Source: Candidatus Limnocylindrales bacterium (lineage in GTDB: Bacteria; Patescibacteriota; Microgenomatia; Levybacterales; UBA12049). Taken from it: a stretch of DNA of 64,000 nucleotides. The notes beneath the pieces were generated by a model, which saw only the letters and a program-made list of their open reading frames with translations, was not told where the DNA came from and made no database searches. Location: the NCBI GenBank assembly GCA_035526025.1, contig DATLDE010000011.1, positions 49,374-113,373 on the forward strand, in the 5' to 3' direction. The translations under genes were made by a program, and so were the position numbers. Below, piece after piece: positions 27,573 to 35,861 of this stretch (within the stretch, counting starts at the first letter, position 1; every line of letters starts with the position of its first letter).

Positions 27573-27845
27573 ATGAATACAACATCTATACATATAAAAA
27601 TAGAAGCTGATATTAAAGCACAAGCTCAAAAAACAGCAGAAGAACTAGGTCTTTCTTTGAGCGCTGTTATGAAAGCATTGCTCAAACAATTCATTCGCAC
27701 AAAACATTTATCCGTAGGATTAAGCGAAGAGCCTTCTTCCTACATGCTTGAAGCATTAAAAAAATCAGATAAAGAATATAAAGAAGGCAAAACTTCCCCA
27801 AGTTTTACCGCAGTTGAAGACTCTTTCAAATGGCTCGATCAATAA
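27573..27845 (+). CDS. RelB/DinJ-family antitoxin
   Basis: I.IKI...IK.QA...A.ELGLSLS.....L.Q; promoter TTGACA at 27535. Confidence 0.88.
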   Translation: MNTTSIHIKIEADIKAQAQKTAEELGLSLSAVMKALLKQFIRTKHLSVGLSEEPSSYMLEALKKSDKEYKEGKTSPSFTAVEDSFKWLDQ

Positions 27846-28124
27846 ATGAGCATGTCTATCAAGTATTCAACCACATTCAAAAAACAATATAAGAAAGCTC
27901 CAAAAAAGATACAAGAAAAAGTAAAAGAACGAATCAGTATTTTCGTTCAAGATCCTACAAATCAACAACTGAATAATCATGGTCTCACAGGAAAATTTCA
28001 GGGAATACGCAGTATAAACATCACAGGAGATTGGAGAGCAGTTTATTCAATACGCTTAAATTCACAATCACAAAAGGAGTATTATTTCGAGCTAGTGGGA
28101 ACACATAGCCAACTATATAAATAA
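27846..28124 (+). CDS. RelE/YafQ-family mRNA interferase toxin
   Basis: F.KQYK, L.NH.L.G, RSINITGDWR, GTHSQLY. Confidence 0.9.
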   Translation: MSMSIKYSTTFKKQYKKAPKKIQEKVKERISIFVQDPTNQQLNNHGLTGKFQGIRSINITGDWRAVYSIRLNSQSQKEYYFELVGTHSQLYK

Positions 28125-28134
28125 CATAATCAGC

Positions 28135-28240
28135 TCACTTTTCCGGCTCTTCCGCTGCTTGATAAGCCTCCATCAAACTGCTAAAATGGACTATGAACTG
28201 GAGGAAAAGCGGTTCAAAATAAATACTATCCTCCGCACAC
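28135..28240 (-). other. Distal att arm (P') encoding the excised-form C-terminus of the recombinase
   Basis: Reads CAEDSIYFEPLFLQFIVHFSSLMEAYQAAEEPEK*, in frame with recombinase ...VLLCA across the shared core. Confidence 0.85.
28159..28187 (+). promoter_or_regulatory. Outward-facing sigma70 promoter in the att arm, upstream of tig
   Basis: TTGATA-17 nt-TAAAAT with TG extension. Confidence 0.6.
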
Positions 28241-28258
28241 CAGCGGAAAAATATAAAT

Positions 28259-29089
28259 ATGGAAAAATCACAAATTGAACGTCTCAAAGACGGTACAATC
28301 AAATTGACTATTACAATACCAAAAGAAAAGGTCAGTAAAGCCCGAGAGGACGCCATCGTGCATATTGCCAAACAGGCCAATCTCCCTGGATTCAGAAAAG
28401 GAAAAGCCCCAGAAAAACTTGTTGAGGAAAAACTAGATAAAGCCGAGATCCAAGAAGACGTGCTAAAAAATCTACTACCTGCAGCATATCAGGAAGCTGT
28501 ACTTCAGCATCAATTACGTCCAATTATGAGTCCCAAAATTCATATAGAAAAGCTTGAGGAAGACATGGATTGGACTCTTGATGCCATAACTTGTGAAGCA
28601 CCCGTTGTAGAAGCGGGGGATTATAAGACAAGTGTCAAAAACGTGACTGCAAAGAGTAAAATTATAATACCAGGCAAGGAAGAAAAAAAACCTACATTTG
28701 AAGAAATAGCAAAAGCTCTTTTGGAAAAAGCAGAAGTCGCTATTCCGGATGTCCTACTTGAGCAGGAAACAGATAGATTACTGTCTCAACTTCTGGCAGA
28801 CATTAAAAAATTGGGTCTCAATCTTGAACAGTATCTAGCCTCCACTAAAAGAACTCCTGATGACTTAAGGGCTGAGTACGCAAATAGAGCCAGAGATGAC
28901 ATGAAGCTTGAATTTATTCTCCAAAAAATTGCAGAAAATGAGAAAATAACAGTTGAGGACAGAGAAATTGAGGAGGCTATTCAAAAAGCTAAATCTGATG
29001 AAGAAAGAAAACATCTTGAGGGAAATAGATATATGCTGGCTGCAATACTCAGGCAACAAAAAACACTTGATTTTCTTATGGGACTGTGA
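28259..29089 (+). CDS. tig: Trigger factor (short form, apparently without FKBP domain)
   Basis: PGFRKGKAP ribosome-binding motif; C-terminal domain IA..E.I.V...EI. Confidence 0.9.
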   Translation: MEKSQIERLKDGTIKLTITIPKEKVSKAREDAIVHIAKQANLPGFRKGKAPEKLVEEKLDKAEIQEDVLKNLLPAAYQEAVLQHQLRPIMSPKIHIEKLEEDMDWTLDAITCEAPVVEAGDYKTSVKNVTAKSKIIIPGKEEKKPTFEEIAKALLEKAEVAIPDVLLEQETDRLLSQLLADIKKLGLNLEQYLASTKRTPDDLRAEYANRARDDMKLEFILQKIAENEKITVEDREIEEAIQKAKSDEERKHLEGNRYMLAAILRQQKTLDFLMGL

Positions 29090-29104
29090 TAGAATCGGGC
29101 TGTT

Positions 29105-29746
29105 ATGGCTAGCAAATTCAAGAAGCTTACAGGCATCAAGAACCCTCTTGAGTCACTAAGTGATTTTACAGGGATAGGCCACGCCACTGCAAAATCCGCA
29201 AAAGACGATATTTTAAAAGGTTCAGCAAATGATTTCATGGAAATGCTCGGACTTGGTCTGGAATCAACAGACAAAAAAGGATCCAAACATTCAGAGCCAA
29301 CTGACATTGTTGATTTTACCAAATCAAAGGATTCTCAAAAATCCAAACCTGAGTCCCGCATCGAGGCAGCAATTGATTACCACCGCGATATAGTCAGGTC
29401 AAGTGAAAATATATCAAGGACTGAGCTTCAGACAATGAATAGTAAAGTCCAGCAGATAAAAATGGAGCTACAAGCGCTTGTTGCATCATCAAAAGACCTG
29501 CAAATGACTTTTGCATCAGTAACAGTTGAGCAGACTACGACAAATATAGGTACATATCATGAAAATTTCTTTGACTGGATGATTAATATGATACGGGATG
29601 CAAGAAAGAAAGTTGAAGACTCAGGATCATGGATGAATGCAGCAAAAGGAAAAGGAAATAAAAAAGGCTACTGGGGAATGTTCAAAAAACATGGCACAAG
29701 CTTTGGTCTTTCAAATGAGCGAAGTGTTGCAACTCAAGTCGGGTAA
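29105..29746 (+). CDS. DUF5660-like conserved CPR protein
   Basis: G.YH.NFF.W, YW.MFKKHGTSF.LS.ER..ATQ.G C-terminus. Confidence 0.65.
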   Translation: MASKFKKLTGIKNPLESLSDFTGIGHATAKSAKDDILKGSANDFMEMLGLGLESTDKKGSKHSEPTDIVDFTKSKDSQKSKPESRIEAAIDYHRDIVRSSENISRTELQTMNSKVQQIKMELQALVASSKDLQMTFASVTVEQTTTNIGTYHENFFDWMINMIRDARKKVEDSGSWMNAAKGKGNKKGYWGMFKKHGTSFGLSNERSVATQVG

Positions 29747-29785
29747 GCTCTTGACCATTTGAAAAAAGTTTGCTATTATCAATTT

Positions 29786-29886
29786 ATGAAATCACAAAAA
29801 TTTGTAACATTATCACTCCTTCTTAACCCGTAAGGGCGGGGAAGAATGTTGTGAATTGAATACCCGCCAACTGAGCGGGTTTTTTT
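29786..29886 (+). promoter_or_regulatory. Leu-rich leader peptide (29786-29833, MKSQKFVTLSLLLNP) and attenuator
   Basis: Short ORF, GGCGGG/CCCGCC antiterminator pairing, terminator ACCCGC-CAACTGA-GCGGGT plus T-run. Confidence 0.7.
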
Positions 29887-29912
29887 GTGGTTTGAAAGGA
29901 GGTGGGAAAAAT

Positions 29913-30233
29913 ATGAGAAATGAGCAAGTACCATTAGAGGTATTAAGAGTAGCAACTGATACAAGATGGCATGATCAGGTTGCAGAAGTAATGAATAAAA
30001 GAAGACCGGGGGCTGTTACGGTCTTTGAGGCAACAGATGATCAACCTAAAGGATATTCATATCCTGTTGAAAGTCCGTTTAGAGCATTAACTAGAGCTGC
30101 ACAAAATTTTGACACAGCTTTAGAAGCTATTACACCTGACGCAGATGCCAGAGCAATAGAAGTCAGAAAAGCAATTAAAAAAGTTTATAAAGATCAAACC
30201 AAAAAAAGATTTGGTAGACGCAGGGGAAAATAA
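29913..30233 (+). CDS. Hypothetical protein downstream of Leu-rich leader
   Basis: SD GAAAGGAGGT before ATG 29913; basic C-terminus. Confidence 0.65.
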   Translation: MRNEQVPLEVLRVATDTRWHDQVAEVMNKRRPGAVTVFEATDDQPKGYSYPVESPFRALTRAAQNFDTALEAITPDADARAIEVRKAIKKVYKDQTKKRFGRRRGK

Positions 30234-30292
30234 CTTATCCTTATAATCAAAACTGTTTGGAGGCATATTGAAACAAAGGAGGTGAGTAAATT

Positions 30293-30700
30293 ATGAATAG
30301 AAACATAGAAGGAGATACAAGAGAAAGAATGGTAACTGGTGAAAATTTAGCCATGCAGTTAGCAGGTAAGGTTACAGCAACTCTTGATACAATGTCAGAA
30401 AAAGGTATACCAGATGGTGCTACTGTTGGGCGGTTAAAAGGTGTATTCCCACAAATCAGAGATAGGGATATTGATCGCATCTTGGGTAAATCGTCAAAAA
30501 GAATGGGAACCATAGTGGTACCACGCGATAGTGTTGTTAAATTGGTTGTAAGCGTTGGATATCCAAGTCAAGTTGGAAATAAACCCTTTGATAAAGCACT
30601 GGAAAGTGCAATTCGTGATGAAAATAGAAAGAGGGCCGAAGCGCAACGCCTTAAAAGAAATGGAGGAAGTGTTCAGTCTAGATCTTCCGGAGGAAAATGA
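30293..30700 (+). CDS. Hypothetical protein
   Basis: SD AAAGGAGGTGA before ATG. Confidence 0.65.
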   Translation: MNRNIEGDTRERMVTGENLAMQLAGKVTATLDTMSEKGIPDGATVGRLKGVFPQIRDRDIDRILGKSSKRMGTIVVPRDSVVKLVVSVGYPSQVGNKPFDKALESAIRDENRKRAEAQRLKRNGGSVQSRSSGGK

Positions 30701-30760
30701 TAAGCATTACATATTTCAAATAGCTTGACGAAAAAATATACTCGTGGTATTATAGCTTAG

Positions 30761-30855
30761 ATGAAGGCGAAATTATTTTTAAATGAAATTAGTATTAACT
30801 CCTAGAGAGAGGTTCTATCGCGTTTGCAATGGACCTCCCGAACGGGAGTTTTTTT
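30761..30855 (+). promoter_or_regulatory. Ile-containing leader peptide (30761-30805, MKAKLFLNEISINS) and attenuator of ilvA
   Basis: Upstream TTGACG/TATTAT promoter; GAGGTTC/GGACCTC alternative pairing; terminator CTCCC-GAAC-GGGAG plus T7. Confidence 0.7.
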
Positions 30856-30861
30856 ATGCTT

Positions 30862-32106
30862 ATGGAAGTTACTGTTAAAACAATTGATGACGCCGCGAAA
30901 ACACTGGAAAGTGTTGTGAAAAAGACACCTCTTCAGCACAATAAAAGATTATCTGATCAATTTGGTGCAAATATTTATTTTAAACGTGAAGACTTACAAG
31001 ACGTAAGGTCATATAAGATACGCGGTGCATATACTCTGATGAGCACTCTTAGTACGGAGGAGAAAAGTAAAGGGGTAGTTGCAGCGAGTGCCGGAAATCA
31101 TGCACAAGGCGTTGCGATGAGCGCAAGCCTTCTTAAGATAAAAGCGACCATTTTCATGCCGGTTATCACACCGCGTCAGAAAATAAACAAGGTAAAGCAT
31201 TTTGGAAAAGATTTTATAGAAATAAAACTTGTCGGGCAGGTATATGACGAAGCTTCCGCTGCAGCGTACGCATATTGTAAGGCACAAAAAATGGTATATG
31301 TTCACCCATTTAATGATCCACGAACAATGTCAGGGCAGGGAACAGTAGGTAAGGAGATATTGGAACAACTTGAATCATCACCTGATTATATTTTCTGCCC
31401 GATTGGCGGAGGAGGGCTTATATCAGGACTTGGTACTTACGTAAAAGAAAAGTATAAAGATACAAAAATAATTGGTGTTGAACCCAAAGGCGCTCCGGCG
31501 ATGTATGAATCCTTCAAACAAAAAAAAGTTATCACGCTAAACGATATAGATACATTTGTTGATGGTGCGGCAGTAACGACAGTCGGGGACCTGAGCTATA
31601 AGATCGCAAGCCTTGTAACAGACAAAATCGTTGTCAGTGATGAAGGGAAAATATGTACAACTATGATTGAGGTATATCAGAATGAGGGCATCATAGCAGA
31701 GCCAGCTGGTGCCTTATCAATTTCAGCAATAGATGATTTTGCAAAAGAAATAAAAGGCAAAACTGTAGTCTGCATTCTAAGTGGTGGGAATAACGATATT
31801 CTGCGCTATCCAGAAGTTATGGAAAAAAGCCTGGTGTATAGAGGGCTCAAACACTATTTTCTGATAGAATTTGCACAAAAACCAGGCCAGTTAAAACAAT
31901 TTTTAAATCACGCCCTCGGTCCAAATGATGACATTGTACTTTTCGAATACATAAAAAGAAATTCAAGAGAAAAAGGACCTGCATTAATTGGGGTTGAGTT
32001 AACAAAGAAAGAAGATTTATCAACACTTTTGGAAAGAATGAAAAAAATGCAGTTGCGTTATACTAAAATAACAAGTGATGATCCACTTTATGGATTTATA
32101 TTATGA
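30862..32106 (+). CDS. ilvA: Threonine ammonia-lyase (biosynthetic, short form)
   Basis: KREDLQ.VRSYKIRGA, ASAGNHAQG, GGGGL, SGGNND, C-terminal regulatory domain. Confidence 0.95.
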   Translation: MEVTVKTIDDAAKTLESVVKKTPLQHNKRLSDQFGANIYFKREDLQDVRSYKIRGAYTLMSTLSTEEKSKGVVAASAGNHAQGVAMSASLLKIKATIFMPVITPRQKINKVKHFGKDFIEIKLVGQVYDEASAAAYAYCKAQKMVYVHPFNDPRTMSGQGTVGKEILEQLESSPDYIFCPIGGGGLISGLGTYVKEKYKDTKIIGVEPKGAPAMYESFKQKKVITLNDIDTFVDGAAVTTVGDLSYKIASLVTDKIVVSDEGKICTTMIEVYQNEGIIAEPAGALSISAIDDFAKEIKGKTVVCILSGGNNDILRYPEVMEKSLVYRGLKHYFLIEFAQKPGQLKQFLNHALGPNDDIVLFEYIKRNSREKGPALIGVELTKKEDLSTLLERMKKMQLRYTKITSDDPLYGFIL

Positions 32107-32188
32107 CCCTTCGACTATGCTCAGGTCATTCGACTCTGAGGGAGCCCTCAGGCTCAGACTCGAAGAGATCATGTTGAGTTTATCGAAA
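32107..32188. repeat. Cluster of REP-like palindromes
   Basis: CCCTTCGACTATGCTCAGG, TTCGACT-CTGAGGGAGCCCTCAG-GCTCAG, TGAGTTTATCGAA. Confidence 0.5.
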
Positions 32189-32189
32189 T

Positions 32190-32561
32190 ATGAAAAAAAT
32201 TTACACTGATAAAGCACCCAGGCCTGTCGGCCCATATTCTCAGGCAATTATAAGCAATGGAATGGTATTTACAGCGGGACAAATTGGCCTGGATCCAATA
32301 TCAGGTAATCTGGTAGGAGTGGATATTGCAGAACAAACAACGCAAGTCATCAAAAATCTGAATGAAGTACTTACGGAAGCGGGTAGTTCCCTTCAAAAAG
32401 TTATTAAAACCACGTGTTACTTAAAAAATATGGATGATTATACTGTTTTCAATGAAATTTATGCAAAGCACTTTACAAATAATCCAGCGCGCTCAACTGT
32501 GGAAGTCTCCAAACTTCCTAAAGACGCGCTAATTGAAATAGAAGTAATCGCTGAGATTTGA
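32190..32561 (+). CDS. ridA: RidA (YjgF/YER057c/UK114) enamine deaminase
   Basis: AP..VGPYSQA, GQI, PARSTVEV..LP....IEIE. Confidence 0.92.
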   Translation: MKKIYTDKAPRPVGPYSQAIISNGMVFTAGQIGLDPISGNLVGVDIAEQTTQVIKNLNEVLTEAGSSLQKVIKTTCYLKNMDDYTVFNEIYAKHFTNNPARSTVEVSKLPKDALIEIEVIAEI

Positions 32562-32571
32562 CTCTTCATTT

Positions 32572-33651
32572 ATGATTAATAAAAACCGCCTGATTAATAC
32601 ATTCCTGGAACTCGTGAAAATTGATAGCCCTTCTGGTGAGGAAAAAGCCATCAGTAAATTCATCGCTTTAAAGCTTTCTGATTTAGGTGGTGAAGTATCA
32701 TTTGACAGTTATGGAAATCTTCTTGGAAAGTTCAAAGGAACAGGGGACGCAATAATGCTAAACGCACATCTCGATACAGTTGAACCCGGACGTGGAATTT
32801 CACCTTTAGTTAAAAATGATCGTATTACAAGTGACGGCCGTACTGTTCTAGGCGCTGATGCAAAATCGGGAATTGCCATGATTTTGGAAGCTATCACTTC
32901 TCTTGTTGAGGATAAAATTTCTCACCTACCACTTGATGTATTGTTCACTGTTGAGGAGGAAACAGGCCTACATGGAGCTTCCAATCTTGACTATACGATG
33001 CTTGAAGCAAAATATGGAATAACTTTTGATGGACAAAGCTCGGTCAATAACATCACAAGTTCTGCTCCCGGGTTTATCCGGGTTGATGCAGCAGTTATAG
33101 GGCGGGGTGCCCATGCTGGCTATGAACCAGAAAAAGGATTATCTGCTATCAAAATAGCTGCAGAAATAATTACCAAACTTGATGTTGGAAGGATTGATTC
33201 TGAAACAACGGCAAATATAGGTACAATTCACGGAGGAAGTGTCAGAAATGCTGTCCCTGAGACTGTACATATTGAAGCTGAGATTAGAAGCAGAAATTTA
33301 GAAAAACTAAATGCTCACAAGACACACTTTGAAAAAGTCTTTAAAGATGCCTCCAAAAAATATACTGATGCAAAAATAGATCTAAATCTTTTTAAAGAAT
33401 TTGATCCTTATCTATTTGATGAAACACAACCACTCAAAAAAATGGCTCTTCAAGCAATTAAAAAAATAGGCCTTGTGCCAAGTCTTAAGCCTTCAGGGGG
33501 CGCAACTGATGTGAACATTTTTCATACAAAAGGATTGAAGGCTTTATGCGTAGGCGCTGGGTATTATAATGCTCACACAACACGTGAATACGCTGTTATT
33601 TCCAAAATGGTTCAAGGAGCCAAGTTTTGTGAAGAAATTGTAAAGATATAA
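32572..33651 (+). CDS. M20 family peptidase T-like protein
   Basis: AHLDTV, LGADAK, EE.GL, GG.TD.N, HT..E. Confidence 0.9.
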   Translation: MINKNRLINTFLELVKIDSPSGEEKAISKFIALKLSDLGGEVSFDSYGNLLGKFKGTGDAIMLNAHLDTVEPGRGISPLVKNDRITSDGRTVLGADAKSGIAMILEAITSLVEDKISHLPLDVLFTVEEETGLHGASNLDYTMLEAKYGITFDGQSSVNNITSSAPGFIRVDAAVIGRGAHAGYEPEKGLSAIKIAAEIITKLDVGRIDSETTANIGTIHGGSVRNAVPETVHIEAEIRSRNLEKLNAHKTHFEKVFKDASKKYTDAKIDLNLFKEFDPYLFDETQPLKKMALQAIKKIGLVPSLKPSGGATDVNIFHTKGLKALCVGAGYYNAHTTREYAVISKMVQGAKFCEEIVKI

Positions 33652-33657
33652 ATAATG

Positions 33658-33731
33658 TGGATCTAAGTGGATTCGAACCGCTGACCTCTTCAATGTCAAT
33701 GAAGCGCTCTAACCAACTGAGCTATAGATCC
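33658..33731 (-). tRNA. tRNA-Val(GAC)
   Basis: GGATCTA...TAGATCC-A, anticodon arm CTTCA-TTGACAT-TGAAG. Confidence 0.95.
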
Positions 33732-33836
33732 TTTTATCTCCTCATTCTAACAAAACCGTAGCTTTTAGACAAACTAAATTTCATAAATTATGAAGGTAAC
33801 CTTGACAGTTCAAAGCATTGATGGTGTAATTGCATT

Positions 33837-34073
33837 ATGCCTAGAGATATTCAACCATATGAAAAAGCTGGTGCACGCTTAAAACTTCGGGAAATAGTAG
33901 CCAATAACTTCATAGGCGGAGTATTTTGGGCTGTTGGAGCAACAGTAGGGCTTGCTATTGTATTCTCTGTACTTACAATTGTCTCAAATAACATTGACCT
34001 TATTCCTGTTATCGGATCATTTGTTTCTGAAATAATTGATTTTGTCATAACCAAGAATCCAAATCTCAGGTAA
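33837..34073 (+). CDS. DUF5665-like small membrane protein
   Basis: NF..G....VG.T.G, IP.IG.F...I. Confidence 0.7.
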   Translation: MPRDIQPYEKAGARLKLREIVANNFIGGVFWAVGATVGLAIVFSVLTIVSNNIDLIPVIGSFVSEIIDFVITKNPNLR

Positions 34074-34112
34074 CATCTTTATAAACTCCTAAAATTCAGC
34101 TATAATCCGTTT

Positions 34113-35861
34113 ATGGATAAAGAAAAATTGGAACACCTCAGACATTCTACAGCTCATCTTCTGGCAGCTGCTGTAATGGAAATCTGGCCAAATACCAAAA
34201 GAGCTATTGGTCCGGCAATAGATAATGGATTTTATTTTGATTTTGAGTTTGAAAATCCAATCTCAGAAGAAAATTTCCCACAAATTGAGAAAAAAATGAA
34301 TGAAATTCTAAAATCCTGGAATAACTTTGAAAAACATTTGTTAACTCCCGATGATGCAAAAAAAGAATTCCCAAACAATCCATATAAACATGAATTAATT
34401 GATGAATTCTCAAAAAATGATGAGAAACTGAGCTTTTATAAATCCGGTACGTATTGGGATCTTTGTAAAGGCGGGCATGTCGAAAATCCATCAAAAGAAA
34501 TCGGAGCTTTTAAATTACTATCAGTTGCAGGAGCATACTGGAGGGGCAGTGAAAAAAATAAAATGCTGACCAGGATTTATGGAACTGCATTTTCATCTAA
34601 AAAAGAGCTTGACGAACATTTAAATATGCTTGAGGAAGCAAAACTACGGGATCATAAAAAATTAGGAAAAGAATTAGATCTTTTTGTATTTTCAGATATT
34701 GTAGGTAAAGGCTTACCCTTATGGACTCCTAAGGGCTCGATTATTCGTCGTGAACTGGAGAGATTTATAACAGATGAAGAAATTAAAAGAGACTATTTAC
34801 ACGTTTATACACCAGATTTAGCAAATGTAGCATTATATGAAAAGTCTGGCCACTATCCCTATTACAAAGAATCAATGTATGCACCGATTAAAGTAGATGG
34901 CGAAGAGTTTATGCTTAGACCAATGTCTTGCCCGCATCATTTTGAACTATATCTTAGCAAGCCGCATAGTTATAAAGAATTGCCAATAAGATATGCTGAA
35001 CTTGCCAAGCTTTATCGTTATGAACAATCAGGCGAGCTAGCAGGACTGCAAAGAGTACGCTCTTTCACTCTAGCTGATGCACATATAGTTGTAAGTGTTG
35101 AACAGGCAACAGATGAAATAACAAAAGTTCTTGATTTAATTGATGATTCGGTAAAATTATTGGGGCTTAAGTTGGGAAAGGACTATTGGTACAGATTGTC
35201 ACTGGGGGACCGAGAAGACGAAAAAAAATATTTCAAAGATGACCTATCATGGGACAATGCAGAAAAAGCTTTACGAGATGCTCTGAAAAAAAGAAAAGCG
35301 GATTTTGAGGAAGCAGCTGGTGAGGCTGCTTTTTATGGTCCCAAGATAGATATACAAATGAAAAATGTAAATGGCAAAGAAGACACAGCTTTCACTGTAC
35401 AGTATGATTTTGTAATGCCAAAACGGTTTAATCTTACATATATAAATGACCTGGGAGAAGACGTAATGCCTGTTGTAATTCATAGATCATCAATTGGTGC
35501 TATTGAAAGACTTATGGCATTCCTAATTGAGCATACTGCTGGTGCATTTCCTACATGGCTTGCGCCTGTTCAGATTTCTTTACTTCCAATTGCGGATAGA
35601 CACATAGAATTCGCAGAAAAAGCCAAAAAAGAATTGAAAAATGCAGGTATACGCGTTGAGATTGATTCCAGATCAGAAAGACTTCAGGCCAAAATTCGAG
35701 ATGCTGCTTTACAAAAAGTACCATTTATGGGTATAATAGGGGATAAGGAATTAGAGGGAAGTACCGTCTCTGTTAGAATGCGGGGAGGAGAAGACTTAGG
35801 ATCTCTATCTGTAACGACACTTAAAGATAAATTAAAAGAAAACATTGATAAGAAAATTTAA
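34113..35861 (+). CDS. thrS: Threonine--tRNA ligase
   Basis: RHSTAH, DLC.G.H, RDH.KLG, EAAFYGPKID, IHR. Confidence 0.97.
   Translation: MDKEKLEHLRHSTAHLLAAAVMEIWPNTKRAIGPAIDNGFYFDFEFENPISEENFPQIEKKMNEILKSWNNFEKHLLTPDDAKKEFPNNPYKHELIDEFSKNDEKLSFYKSGTYWDLCKGGHVENPSKEIGAFKLLSVAGAYWRGSEKNKMLTRIYGTAFSSKKELDEHLNMLEEAKLRDHKKLGKELDLFVFSDIVGKGLPLWTPKGSIIRRELERFITDEEIKRDYLHVYTPDLANVALYEKSGHYPYYKESMYAPIKVDGEEFMLRPMSCPHHFELYLSKPHSYKELPIRYAELAKLYRYEQSGELAGLQRVRSFTLADAHIVVSVEQATDEITKVLDLIDDSVKLLGLKLGKDYWYRLSLGDREDEKKYFKDDLSWDNAEKALRDALKKRKADFEEAAGEAAFYGPKIDIQMKNVNGKEDTAFTVQYDFVMPKRFNLTYINDLGEDVMPVVIHRSSIGAIERLMAFLIEHTAGAFPTWLAPVQISLLPIADRHIEFAEKAKKELKNAGIRVEIDSRSERLQAKIRDAALQKVPFMGIIGDKELEGSTVSVRMRGGEDLGSLSVTTLKDKLKENIDKKI

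Larger units (their letters stand above)
10305..28240. mobile_element. 17.9 kb integrative mobilisable element
   Basis: Direct repeat TCCGCACAC at 10305-10313 and 28232-28240; serine recombinase at the left end; Replic_Relax protein and coupling-type ATPase inside; excision places tRNA-Leu 21 nt from tig. Confidence 0.9.

Noticed and set aside
11828-28134. Additional internal att junctions in the 18 kb element
   Set aside because: Scanned intergenic regions by eye for GTTCAAAA-15-GCAC and the SP.YQ arm; none found, though degenerate copies could be missed
10305-28240. Prophage
   Set aside because: No capsid, terminase, portal or tail genes recognisable
28135-28380. 81-aa minus-strand ORF as an independent gene
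   Set aside because: Its 5' part is antisense to tig; only the part left of the att core is meaningful, as the recombinase tail
35845-35850. Non-ATG start of infC
   Set aside because: Well-known IF-3 autoregulatory feature
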